In this document: piece after piece, positions 26,292 to 35,363 of the stretch
Numbering within the stretch: position 1 is the first letter of the stretch
Layout: each line of letters starts with the position of its first letter
Assembly (NCBI GenBank): GCA_963705505.1
Contig: CAVPJU010000001.1
Location: 224,001 to 288,000 of the forward strand
Origin: an uncultured bacterium
Lineage (GTDB): Bacteria > Desulfobacterota_D > UBA1144 > Nemesobacterales > UBA2774
DNA: 64,000 nt
Direction of reading: 5' to 3'
Position numbers and translations under genes: made by a program
The notes under the pieces: model-generated
The model's input: only the letters and a program-made list of their open reading frames with translations
The model's database searches: none
Told to the model about the DNA's origin: nothing

Positions 26292-27893
26292 ATGGCAAAT
26301 CATACGATTGCCCACAATGCGTATGTTCCCTTCCTCGAAAAGAAGGGGATACTCTCCTGGATTCTTTCTACCGACCATAAACGCATCGGGATAATGTATC
26401 TCGTATCAATTTCTTTTTTCTTCCTTCTGGCTGGAGTACTCGCTCTTCTGATGAGGTACGAGCTGCTCACGCCTCAATCTGATTTCGTTCAGCCCCATAC
26501 GTATAATGTGCTCTTTACGCTGCACGGATCGATAATGGTTTTCTTCTTTATCGTTCCGGGACTCGCCGCGAGCTTCGGCAATTTCCTCATACCGCTTATG
26601 ATAGGCGCTCCCGATGTAGCGTTTCCGAAGCTCAACCTCGGCAGTTATTGGATCTACCTGCTGGGAACGCTGATAATGATTCTTGCGCTTTCGAAACCGG
26701 CGGACACGGGATGGACTTTTTATACTCCTTACAGCGCACAAACCCAAACGGACGTGGTTTTACTTACACTAGGAGTTTTCGTTCTCGGGTTCTCGTCGAT
26801 TCTAACGGGACTCAACTTCATAGTCACAATTCACAAGATGAGAGCGCCCGGTATGACCTGGCACAGGCTTCCGCTTTTTATCTGGGCCTCTTACGCTACG
26901 GCGATTTTGCAGCTCCTGGCTACTCCGGTCGTCGGCATTACGCTTTTGCTTCTGATTGCCGAGAGGACGCTGGGTGTCGGATTTTTCGATCCGGCGAAAG
27001 GAGGGGATCCGGTTTTGTTCCAGAATTTTTTCTGGTTCTACTCCCATCCGGCGGTTTACATTATGATCATTCCCGCGATGGGCGTAATTTCGGAGATTAT
27101 TCCGGTATTCGCAAGGAAGCCCATATTCGGTTATAAAGCGATAGCTTATTCGAGTCTCGGTATCGCGTTTATAAGCTTTCTCGTATGGGCCCACCACATG
27201 TTTGTGGCCGGCATTTCCGAAACCGCAGCGACGATTTTCTCATTCCTGACATTCCTTGTCGCAATACCCACGGCTATTAAAGTATTTAACTGGACGGCGA
27301 CTCTCTACAAAGGCTCTATCCAGCTGCACTCCGCCATGCTCTACGCCCTGTCCTTTATATTCCTCTTTACCATAGGCGGGCTTACCGGACTTTTCCTGGG
27401 AGCGCTTGCGGCCGATGTGCATCTCCACGACACATACTTTGTAGTCGCCCATATGCACTATGTAATGATAGGCGGAACGGTGATGGGGTTCTTCGGCGGC
27501 CTTCATTTCTGGTATGCCAAGTGGTTCGGCAGGATGTTTAACGAAACGGTCGCTAAGATCGCGTGGTTTTTCATATTCATCGGCTTCAACGTTACGTTCT
27601 TCCCGCAGTTTTTCCTGGGAATACAGGGTATGCCGAGAAGATATGCCACTTATCCCGCCGAATTCCAGCCCCTCATGTCGCTTTCCACTTACGGGTCATG
27701 GATACTGGGGGTCGGTATATTCATAATGACTGTTAATCTCATAGTCGGCCTGATAAGAGGAGAAAAGGCCCCTCAGAACCCTTACGGTTCGCTTTCTTTA
27801 GAATGGCAGGTGCCTTCACCCCCGCCGCATGAGAATTTTGAAGAAATACCACACGTGACGGATTGGTCTTACGGGTACGGAAAAAAGAAATAA
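26292..27893 (+). CDS. coxA: Cytochrome c oxidase subunit I, A2 type
   Basis: [16 protein letters not shown] (A2 YS motif), [19 protein letters not shown]. Confidence 0.97.
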   Translation: MANHTIAHNAYVPFLEKKGILSWILSTDHKRIGIMYLVSISFFFLLAGVLALLMRYELLTPQSDFVQPHTYNVLFTLHGSIMVFFFIVPGLAASFGNFLIPLMIGAPDVAFPKLNLGSYWIYLLGTLIMILALSKPADTGWTFYTPYSAQTQTDVVLLTLGVFVLGFSSILTGLNFIVTIHKMRAPGMTWHRLPLFIWASYATAILQLLATPVVGITLLLLIAERTLGVGFFDPAKGGDPVLFQNFFWFYSHPAVYIMIIPAMGVISEIIPVFARKPIFGYKAIAYSSLGIAFISFLVWAHHMFVAGISETAATIFSFLTFLVAIPTAIKVFNWTATLYKGSIQLHSAMLYALSFIFLFTIGGLTGLFLGALAADVHLHDTYFVVAHMHYVMIGGTVMGFFGGLHFWYAKWFGRMFNETVAKIAWFFIFIGFNVTFFPQFFLGIQGMPRRYATYPAEFQPLMSLSTYGSWILGVGIFIMTVNLIVGLIRGEKAPQNPYGSLSLEWQVPSPPPHENFEEIPHVTDWSYGYGKKK

Positions 27894-27905
27894 TCGGAGG
27901 CGTAA

Positions 27906-28511
27906 ATGGGTGACGCTAGCGCAGAACATACACACGGACACCAGGTGGACCCTGCTGTAGAGTACAGCTCGTCAAAGCTGGGCATGTGGCTCTTTCTCGG
28001 GACTGAAATACTGCTTTTCGGAGGGCTTTTTGCGGCTTATGCAATTTTTCGCGCCAAATATCCGGAAATGTTTTTCGAGCAGCATCTAGAGTTGAATAAG
28101 AAGATGGGTGCGATAAACACATGCATCCTGATATTCAGCAGTTTAACCATGGCTATGGGTGTTTCCGCAATTCAGCGCGGCAAACAAAAGACTACTGCAA
28201 TATTGATTCTGATTACGATACTGTGCGGGCTCGGGTTCGGTGTAGTAAAATATTTCGAGTACAGTGCAAAGTTCCATCACCACTTATACCCGAGTACGAG
28301 TATTTTCTTTTCCCTTTATTTCATGATGACCGGGCTGCACATGCTTCACGTTTTCATAGGATTATTGATACTCAGTACTTTATTCGTCCTGACTCTCAAA
28401 GGTAAGTTTTCTGCAAAATACAGTACCCCTGTGGAGGTGGGAGGGCTTTACTGGCACCTGGTGGACTTGATATGGATATATTTATTTCCGTTACTTTATC
28501 TTATCGGCTGA
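27906..28511 (+). CDS. coxC: Cytochrome c oxidase subunit III
   Basis: GMWLFL..E, TGLHMLHV, YWHLVD. Confidence 0.94.
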   Translation: MGDASAEHTHGHQVDPAVEYSSSKLGMWLFLGTEILLFGGLFAAYAIFRAKYPEMFFEQHLELNKKMGAINTCILIFSSLTMAMGVSAIQRGKQKTTAILILITILCGLGFGVVKYFEYSAKFHHHLYPSTSIFFSLYFMMTGLHMLHVFIGLLILSTLFVLTLKGKFSAKYSTPVEVGGLYWHLVDLIWIYLFPLLYLIG

Positions 28512-28528
28512 ACGGAGGTTAAATTGAA

Positions 28529-28837
28529 ATGGCAACAAATGCACATGCTGAAGAACATCATATAACAACCAACAAGACCTACATCGTTGTGTGGATCGCA
28601 CTCATGGTTCTGACCGCAACCACGGTCTATGTTTCATATATAAATTTCGGGATGCTCAACATTGTCATAGCGTTGACGATCGCTTCCATAAAAGCGACTA
28701 TAGTGGCTCTATATTTCATGCATCTCAAGTTTGAGGATTCGATCACATGGGTGTTCGCGCTCTTCCCTCTGAGCCTGCTGGCTCTTCTGATTGCCATGAC
28801 AATTACCGATACATTCACGAGGGTGGTTGTCCCTTAG
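28529..28837 (+). CDS. coxD: Cytochrome c oxidase subunit IV family protein
   Basis: Three TM segments, KA..VALYFMHLK. Confidence 0.9.
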   Translation: MATNAHAEEHHITTNKTYIVVWIALMVLTATTVYVSYINFGMLNIVIALTIASIKATIVALYFMHLKFEDSITWVFALFPLSLLALLIAMTITDTFTRVVVP

Positions 28838-28846
28838 CTCGGACAA

Positions 28847-29704
28847 TTGATGATAGCAAAAATTACCCTTTTTCTTCTATTTCTTCTCTTAGTTTGGGGT
28901 AATCTGGTTGCCGGTCTTAAAGCGGGACTGGCCTGTCCGGATTGGCCGCTCTGTCACGGGACGGTGCTCCCCCCTTTCAGGTGGGATATTTACATGGAGT
29001 ACATGCACAGGGTCATAGGAGGTGTGACCTCCGTCTTCCTTATTATCCTCACGTATCAGAGGTTCCGCAGCTATAGCAGCTCCGTAAAATTGGTCCCCGT
29101 AATCATAGTGCTCCTGCTTCTGATACAGATAGTCCTGGGCGGCATAGTCGTACTGCTTGAAATCCCGGTCGATCTTACCACGTATCACTTCGCAAACGCA
29201 ATTGTGATTTTTTCATTGGCTCTGTATATCGCTTTTTATGACGGCAGGGAAAGGAAGCCGCATTTCAGTATAAGCGGTTATAAGGGAATTTTTTTCCTTC
29301 TTGGTTTTCTCATCTTCATTCAGGCGGTGCTCGGCGCCTATGTGAGGCATTCGGGATCGGGTCTCGCGTGCCCCGATTTCCCCAAGTGTCTGGGTTACTG
29401 GATACCTCCTCAGCTGACGGGAATTATTCTCAACCACTTCGTTCACAGAGCGGTGGCTTATATAATTGCTGTTACCGTGCTCATGCTTCTGGTGTTCTCA
29501 TATATGGTTAAGGGTCTAAAAATTTTTCGTAAGGAATTATTGATAATATTCTGTCTGATCCTCGTTCAAATCGCGCTTGGAGTCGGCGTGGTTCAAACGA
29601 AGCTTTACTTTGCCGTGACCGCCCTTCATTTGTCTTTTGCCCTGTTAATACTCTCTCTTACGCTTTATACTTGGTTCCGGGGAATGGAGGAAAGTTATTC
29701 GTAA
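28847..29704 (+). CDS. ctaA: Heme A synthase (COX15/CtaA)
   Basis: Two GLACPD motifs, EYMHR, conserved His residues in TM helices. Confidence 0.9.
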   Translation: MMIAKITLFLLFLLLVWGNLVAGLKAGLACPDWPLCHGTVLPPFRWDIYMEYMHRVIGGVTSVFLIILTYQRFRSYSSSVKLVPVIIVLLLLIQIVLGGIVVLLEIPVDLTTYHFANAIVIFSLALYIAFYDGRERKPHFSISGYKGIFFLLGFLIFIQAVLGAYVRHSGSGLACPDFPKCLGYWIPPQLTGIILNHFVHRAVAYIIAVTVLMLLVFSYMVKGLKIFRKELLIIFCLILVQIALGVGVVQTKLYFAVTALHLSFALLILSLTLYTWFRGMEESYS

Positions 29705-29733
29705 TTTTAGAATCTTGTGACTGAATCCGTGAA

Positions 29734-30648
29734 ATGAATACGATCGAGCATATCGACAGGGCGCCCGCAAAGATAGTCGTCTCGACTATACTGCTTTCGA
29801 AGCCGGGGATAATTCTGAGCGTGGCGTTTACGGGTTTTGCCGGAATGGTTCTGGCTAACCGCGGAATTCCGCCTCTCGGGCTGACCGTGAAGGCCGTGCT
29901 TTCCCTGCTCCTGAGCGCCGCGGGCTCCGCGATACTGAACAACGTGCTCGACAAGCAGCTGGACATACTCATGAGCAGGCTCAGCAAGCGTGTGGACGCG
30001 CTTGAAGTCGTCGGTGAAAAGACAGCCGTGCTAATCTCTCTCATCTTCATTACGGTCTCGCTTTTTATCTCCTTTTATTATCTCAACACGGTGAACGCCG
30101 CCCTGATAATCGCCGCGATCCTGAGCTATACGCTGCTTTATACACTTTACCTCAAACGGAGCTCCCCTTACGGGACGATTCTCGGCGGGCTCCCGGGAGC
30201 GCTTCCCATACTCGTCGGATATTCCGCCGTGAACCCGCACATCGGCGTCGACGGTATAATACTTTTCGTATTCATGATGCTCTGGCAGCCCCCTCATTTC
30301 TGGGCCCTCGCCCAGAAATATAAGCTCGATTATAAAAAAGCCGGGGTGCCCGTCATGCCTGTCGCCCTGGGCACGAAATTCACGAATATAATGATACTTC
30401 TTTATTCGATCTCGCTCCTGCCACTTTCGCTTTCGCTCTGGTTCCTGAATTACTGCTCGGATTATTATGCTGTATTCGCGATCATCTCGGGCATCTATTT
30501 CGAATACGTGATGATCCGGAGCGCATTAACGAATACGGGTTACGGAAAGGCGTTCGGCGCATCCATCGTATACATGCTTGTCATTATGGCGTCACTGATA
30601 TTGGATCTGTCTTTCGGCTCCGCAAACGCGGTAATCGGTAATTTCTAA
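29734..30648 (+). CDS. ctaB: Protoheme IX farnesyltransferase (heme O synthase)
   Basis: KP.I, N...D...D..M.R, YT..LKR, WQPPHF, DY..AGVP. Confidence 0.92.
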   Translation: MNTIEHIDRAPAKIVVSTILLSKPGIILSVAFTGFAGMVLANRGIPPLGLTVKAVLSLLLSAAGSAILNNVLDKQLDILMSRLSKRVDALEVVGEKTAVLISLIFITVSLFISFYYLNTVNAALIIAAILSYTLLYTLYLKRSSPYGTILGGLPGALPILVGYSAVNPHIGVDGIILFVFMMLWQPPHFWALAQKYKLDYKKAGVPVMPVALGTKFTNIMILLYSISLLPLSLSLWFLNYCSDYYAVFAIISGIYFEYVMIRSALTNTGYGKAFGASIVYMLVIMASLILDLSFGSANAVIGNF

Positions 30649-30714
30649 GCTCATATTGTGCAATCCGAGTATGGCCTGGGGGCGTGTGGATACGTAACGT
30701 GCTTGCCCGGGGGA

Positions 30715-32535
30715 CTAAACCGCCAGATTCTTCAGAAGCCCCTTCAGTTTGGTAAGCGGCTCATTCAGAGAGTTTATGGAATCCACCCAGAAACCGGGTG
30801 ATTCGAGGTCCCTGCCTATGCTCCTCTTTGCCACGTTCTCAGCCGTGTCGGAGCCCGAGAGCCTGAGGAATTCCTCGTATTTCGGAAGGAATTCATTTCC
30901 TTCCCTTTTGAACATCGAGAACAGGCCGCGGCTCAGAAGGTAGCCGAACGTATACGGGAAGTTGTAGAAGGTTATGCCCGTTATATAGAAATGCAGCTTC
31001 GATGCCCAGAAATAGGGGTCTTCCCCTCCCTCCTCCAGCACGTCGCCGAATATTCTCCGCTGGGTTTCGGCCATCAGCTCTTTGAGCCTGCTGACGCTTA
31101 CCTCGCCCTTTCGTCTTTCTTCGTAGAAAGCCTTTTCAAACTCGTAACGGACCGGTATGTCCATCATATATATCGCTCCGTGGTTGATTTCCATGTCCAG
31201 CATCAGGGCTTTCTCCGCATCGTTTATGGACGGGTCATCCAGGACGCCCGCGGCCAATATCATCTCCCCGAAGGTGGACGCCGATTCGGCGAGGGTCATG
31301 GGGTAGAAATGCGAGTATGGGCGTATGTCGCTCATGACGTGGCTGTGAAAGGCGTGTCCCGCTTCATGGGCGAGCGTGAGCACGTCCCCCAGTGTCTCGT
31401 TGTACGTCATGAAGATTCTGGACTCTTTGGTGAGGAGGGACCCCGTACAGAAACCGCCTGGACGTTTACCATCGCGCGGCTCCCAATCGATCCACTTCTT
31501 TCTGTAAGCACCTTCCACGAACTTGCCGAGCCTGGGGTAAGAGGCGGAGAACGAGTTTTTAACCATCTTCTTCGCATCGCTCCACGTCAGTCTCTGCTTG
31601 GTCCTGAGGTCGAGAGGCGCGCCGAGGTCATACCATGCAATGCCGCCGCGGTTCATAGTCTCGGCCTTTAACCGGAGTATGCTTCTCGGAAGCTCGAGCT
31701 CTGAGTAAATAGCCTCGAACATTGCGTCGAGCGTTTTTCTGCTTATCGATGACTGAAAAAGTGCGACGTCGAGGAAATGGTCTATCCCCCTGTATCTGTT
31801 AAGGGTGAGACGGGTGCCAGCGATTGCATTTAACGCGGCGGCTGCCGTGTCTTCTATTCTCCGCCATGCCCTGTTTCCCCCCTCGAAGGCGGCTTTTCTT
31901 ATGTGTCTCTCGGGTTTTTCCATAAGCGACCGTCTCTGGGAGATCGGCAGAGTCTTGACCGTGCCGTCCGGATACTCCATTTCGAACTCGAGCTTGCTCG
32001 ATACCGTATCGTAGAGCCGTCCCCAGGCGCCGATACCGTCTACACCGAGGTCAGCCGCGAGTATTTCGTTCTCGGTATTCATTCTTTTCTGCGATTCGTG
32101 TCTTAGCCTGCCGAGGTAATATTTAGAGCTATTTAACGCCTTCCGTTCCGTGAACGATTCGAAGTCTTCCTCTGAGGCGTCTTTTACAGCTCTCATAAGC
32201 TCCACTTTCAGTTTTGAGAACTCGGCTCCCACGATGGACATTTCGGCCTCTTCCCTCAGGTATTCTTCGTTAAGCCCGTCAGCTGAGGACAGACAGCCGA
32301 TGTAAGAACTAAGGTGGGAATAGCGCGTCACCAGGTCCTCGTTACTGAGGAATATTTCTTCCCAGTCTCTTTGATTTTGATTATCGAGCGCTTGAAGGGA
32401 TGAGGCCCTTTCTTTTGTGTTCTGTATGTCTCTCTTGAGGTTTTCCTTGAACTCCTTCATTTCGGGACCGTCGAACTCGGGGAAATAGCTCGTTAAGTCC
32501 CAGTTCATTTTAGCAGTCGAATTCTTGTTCGGCAT
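30715..32535 (-). CDS. pepF: M3 family oligoendopeptidase F
   Basis: WDL, GKRPGGFC, HEAGH zinc motif, LAESAS, FYNFPY. Confidence 0.9.
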   Translation of the reverse strand: MPNKNSTAKMNWDLTSYFPEFDGPEMKEFKENLKRDIQNTKERASSLQALDNQNQRDWEEIFLSNEDLVTRYSHLSSYIGCLSSADGLNEEYLREEAEMSIVGAEFSKLKVELMRAVKDASEEDFESFTERKALNSSKYYLGRLRHESQKRMNTENEILAADLGVDGIGAWGRLYDTVSSKLEFEMEYPDGTVKTLPISQRRSLMEKPERHIRKAAFEGGNRAWRRIEDTAAAALNAIAGTRLTLNRYRGIDHFLDVALFQSSISRKTLDAMFEAIYSELELPRSILRLKAETMNRGGIAWYDLGAPLDLRTKQRLTWSDAKKMVKNSFSASYPRLGKFVEGAYRKKWIDWEPRDGKRPGGFCTGSLLTKESRIFMTYNETLGDVLTLAHEAGHAFHSHVMSDIRPYSHFYPMTLAESASTFGEMILAAGVLDDPSINDAEKALMLDMEINHGAIYMMDIPVRYEFEKAFYEERRKGEVSVSRLKELMAETQRRIFGDVLEEGGEDPYFWASKLHFYITGITFYNFPYTFGYLLSRGLFSMFKREGNEFLPKYEEFLRLSGSDTAENVAKRSIGRDLESPGFWVDSINSLNEPLTKLKGLLKNLAV

Positions 32536-32720
32536 TATTCCTCCAAATGGTTTAGGCAGTTATGAGGGCCGTTATGAAAATTACCCTGAAATATATCATA
32601 AGACAGCCGGGCATGTATTTTTTGTACCGGATTTTTGACGGGTTACTTTTTCTCTCTTTTCTTGACGCTCTTGGGATGATTCGGTTTTTAATCCGGATGC
32701 GCTGAATAAAAAATCCCGGG

Positions 32721-33542
32721 CTAAGAGAAAGCGCGGTCGAGCAGGTCTATTTGTTCAGCGGACAAGCTCCACCCCGAAGCCCCGCAGTTCTCTATAGTTC
32801 TGGCCACGCTGTCCGATTTGGGAATGGCAATGACGTTTTCGCGCGAGGTGCACCAGTTAAGCGCGACCTGCGCAGTCGTTCTTCCCGTCTCACGGGATAT
32901 GTCTTCGAGGACTCTGATTTTTTTAGACGCCATGAAGCGCGGTCTCGAGGCCAGATTGCCGTCATCGAGCGGCGTATATGCAAGGACGGTGATACGGTTC
33001 CTCTCACAGTAGGGGAGTAAATCCCTTTCGATCCCCCTCTCGTTGAGATTGTAAAGGACCTGATTCGAAGCTATGGGCGTGTTTCTGAGCGCCGCTTCCG
33101 CCTCCTCTAATTCGTCCAGATCGAAATTACTCAAGCCTATGAATCTCACGAGTCCCCTTTGGACGAGGGTCTCCATCGCGCGCATGGTTTCCCTTATCGG
33201 GTAAGATGAATTCGGCCAGTGGATTTGATAGAGGTCGATGTAGTCTGTGCCGAGCCTGGAGAGGCTTTCTTCCGCGGCTCGGAGCACGTCGTCGTAACCG
33301 AGATGCCTGCCCGATACTTTCGTCGCGATGAATACACGGTCCCTCGTCCCCTCGACAGCTTTACCGACTACTTCTTCAGTATTGTAACCCTCGGCGGTGT
33401 CTATCAGGCTCGCCCCGAGCGCTATCCCCTTGCGAAGAGGCTCTATGCCGCCCCTGTACCTCCAGGTCCCGAGCCCTATCTCAGGGATCATGACACCCGT
33501 ATTCCCAAGCTCTTTTAATTCCATCGGTTTCGTCTCACTCAA
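32721..33542 (-). CDS. Aldo/keto reductase
   Basis: GLGTW, IDTAEGY, IATKV, DLYQIHWP, GLSNF, IPKS. Confidence 0.93.
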   Translation of the reverse strand: MSETKPMELKELGNTGVMIPEIGLGTWRYRGGIEPLRKGIALGASLIDTAEGYNTEEVVGKAVEGTRDRVFIATKVSGRHLGYDDVLRAAEESLSRLGTDYIDLYQIHWPNSSYPIRETMRAMETLVQRGLVRFIGLSNFDLDELEEAEAALRNTPIASNQVLYNLNERGIERDLLPYCERNRITVLAYTPLDDGNLASRPRFMASKKIRVLEDISRETGRTTAQVALNWCTSRENVIAIPKSDSVARTIENCGASGWSLSAEQIDLLDRAFS

Positions 33543-33716
33543 GTTTAAAAGTGATGTAAAAGATTTATGAATAAGATAACAGATTTTGTAGCTTCATCAC
33601 CCCCCGGCGATTTCTTATTATCAAGCGGATGAAGGCTGAAAACGGAGTCTCATGAACTGCTTAACGGTTTCGGTAAAAGGAAAATCGGAGGACCTATACT
33701 TTATTCTCAAATAACC

Positions 33717-33744
33717 TTGCAACAATTTCAAAATATTGTAGATT
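33717..33744 (+). promoter_or_regulatory. Putative sigma70 tRNA promoter (second copy at 43970-43997)
   Basis: TTGCAA-16 bp-TAGATT, ending about 10 bp before the tRNA 5' end. Confidence 0.55.
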
Positions 33745-33753
33745 TAAATACCG

Positions 33754-33797
33754 CGGGGTGTAGCTCAGATTGGCTAGAGCGTTGCGTTCGGGACGCA
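33754..33797 (+). pseudogene. 5' half fragment of tRNA-Pro(CGG)
   Basis: Acceptor 5' strand, D arm and anticodon arm present; T arm and 3' end absent. Confidence 0.9.
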
Positions 33798-33865
33798 AAT
33801 TGTGAATTAGAAAAACTTCATTGTTATAGTATTTTAAGAAGATTTTTCAACCATATTTTCCTTCT

Positions 33866-33884
33866 TTCTAACCATATTCTAACC
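33866..33884 (+). repeat. Putative integrase arm-type site (left)
   Basis: TTCTAACCATATTCTAACC, near-identical to 43866-43884; partial third copy at 33846-33857. Confidence 0.7.
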
Positions 33885-33933
33885 CAAGACACTAGCTATA
33901 TGTCCAAATACTTCAAATCTTTGGAGGCGACAT

Positions 33934-35022
33934 ATGGCGAGTTTACAGCGTAAGAACGGGACGTATTGGGCGGTCTTTGCTGAAGGGGGTAAGCGAAAGT
34001 GGCTTAAGATCGGCGATGTTTCCAAGTCAAAGGCAAAAGCGATATTAAAAGAACTGGAAGCTGAACGGGCAAGAGATAGGCTGGACCTTCTTTATCTAAA
34101 AAAGATAAATTTTTACGAATTCGCGGAAATTTATTTGAGATACGTAAAAACGAACAAATCCGAAAGTTCCTATAAAAGGGAGGCTTACACCGTTAGAAAG
34201 TTGAAAGAGTTTTATGGAGATATTCCATTAAGAAAATTCGATACTCAGCTAGTTGAAAGTTATAAAACCAAGAGAGTTGAAGATGGGCTAAAAAATAAAA
34301 CAATCAACCGGGAACTTGAGATATTCAGACATCTGATGACAATTGCAAAAGATTCAGGGTATCTGTCAAAAGTACCGAAATTCAAAATGCTACCAGTAAA
34401 GGTGCCTCCGGTTAGATTTCTCTCAATTGACGAAGTCCATAAATTATTGGAGAACAGTACTCCCTGGTTGGAGCCTATGATAATTATTATGTTGAATTCT
34501 GGTATGCGTTTTTCCGAAGTTAAAAACCTGAAATTTGAGGATGTTGATTTTGATAAGAATATAATCTGCGTCAGATCCGCCAAGAACAGCAGCAACAGAT
34601 TAAGCTCTTTTACGGACTTCAGGGTAATACCCATGAATGAGGTTCTTAGGGATACATTGATATGGGCTAAGTCTTTTTATGTAGATCCTAAAACCCTGAT
34701 TATTAATAAACGGGATTCTCACCGGTTGAATTATGTTTTTTGTAAGCCTGATGGCAGACCAATTGGCAGTATAAGAACGAGCTTCACAAAAGCTTGCCGT
34801 AAGTCAGGCATTACAAATACCGATACATATATTCTCAGGCACACTTTTGCATCCCATCTGTTAATGAATGGCATTGATTTAGTTACGATTCAGAAACTTC
34901 TCGGCCATTCCTCAATTTCAACGACTATGATTTATTCTCATATTTCTGATAAACATAGGGCAGAGAGCGTAAAAGTACTTCCATGGAACAATTGTGTAAA
35001 AAATGTAGAGGAAAAGCTATAA
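33934..35022 (+). CDS. Tyrosine recombinase / phage-type integrase
   Basis: N-terminal arm-binding-like segment, TINRE core-binding motif, SGMR.SE, LRHTFASH, LLGHS, catalytic Tyr in TTMIY. Confidence 0.95.
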   Translation: MASLQRKNGTYWAVFAEGGKRKWLKIGDVSKSKAKAILKELEAERARDRLDLLYLKKINFYEFAEIYLRYVKTNKSESSYKREAYTVRKLKEFYGDIPLRKFDTQLVESYKTKRVEDGLKNKTINRELEIFRHLMTIAKDSGYLSKVPKFKMLPVKVPPVRFLSIDEVHKLLENSTPWLEPMIIIMLNSGMRFSEVKNLKFEDVDFDKNIICVRSAKNSSNRLSSFTDFRVIPMNEVLRDTLIWAKSFYVDPKTLIINKRDSHRLNYVFCKPDGRPIGSIRTSFTKACRKSGITNTDTYILRHTFASHLLMNGIDLVTIQKLLGHSSISTTMIYSHISDKHRAESVKVLPWNNCVKNVEEKL

Positions 35023-35137
35023 AGAACAACTAGTTGGCTTAATCTTCATATTCGAAAAATCCTTCCTATCAGTCGGTAATCAGGCTAACTTTCTGGAGAA
35101 ACCTCAAAGTACGGATAACAAAGTCTGAACTAAGAAT

Positions 35138-35168
35138 ATTGTCATAATTGAATGACAATTTTTGTCAT
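35138..35168. promoter_or_regulatory. Overlapping TGTCA/TGACA palindromes, putative enhancer-binding-protein site
   Basis: attgtcat-N6-atgacaat overlapping atgacaa-ttt-ttgtcat, about 120-150 bp upstream of a sigma54-like element. Confidence 0.5.
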
Positions 35169-35285
35169 TTCCGTCGTTACTCAAATAGCATTAAGTCGTG
35201 CTACTTTTCTAGTAATTTGAAGGAGTTAAATAATTGTTAACGATAATTCCGACTAGTATAGTTTATTATTGGCTTATAAATAAGA

Positions 35286-35301
35286 TGGCATGAATTTTGA
35301 T
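35286..35301 (+). promoter_or_regulatory. Sigma54-like promoter of the TPR gene
   Basis: TGGCATG-AATT-TTGAT; -24 GG is correct, -12 reads GA instead of GC. Confidence 0.45.
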
Positions 35302-35363
35302 ACTAAGTAAGAATACAATAAAATTCGTAAACTATCTGACAAATCATTCTTTGGAGTAAGTAT

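Larger units (their letters stand above)
33700..33797 (+). repeat. attL: tRNA upstream/promoter region (54 bp) plus the first 44 nt of tRNA-Pro
   Basis: Identical to 43953-44051 apart from one extra T at 44006; diverges right after the anticodon stem (cgcaaat versus cgcagag). Confidence 0.93.

Noticed and set aside
33754..33797. Second functional tRNA-Pro gene
   Set aside because: Lacks the T arm, 3' acceptor strand and CCA; it is an att fragment
33717..33953. 78-aa ORF across attL
   Set aside because: Runs through the promoter, tRNA fragment and arm sites; no protein-like features
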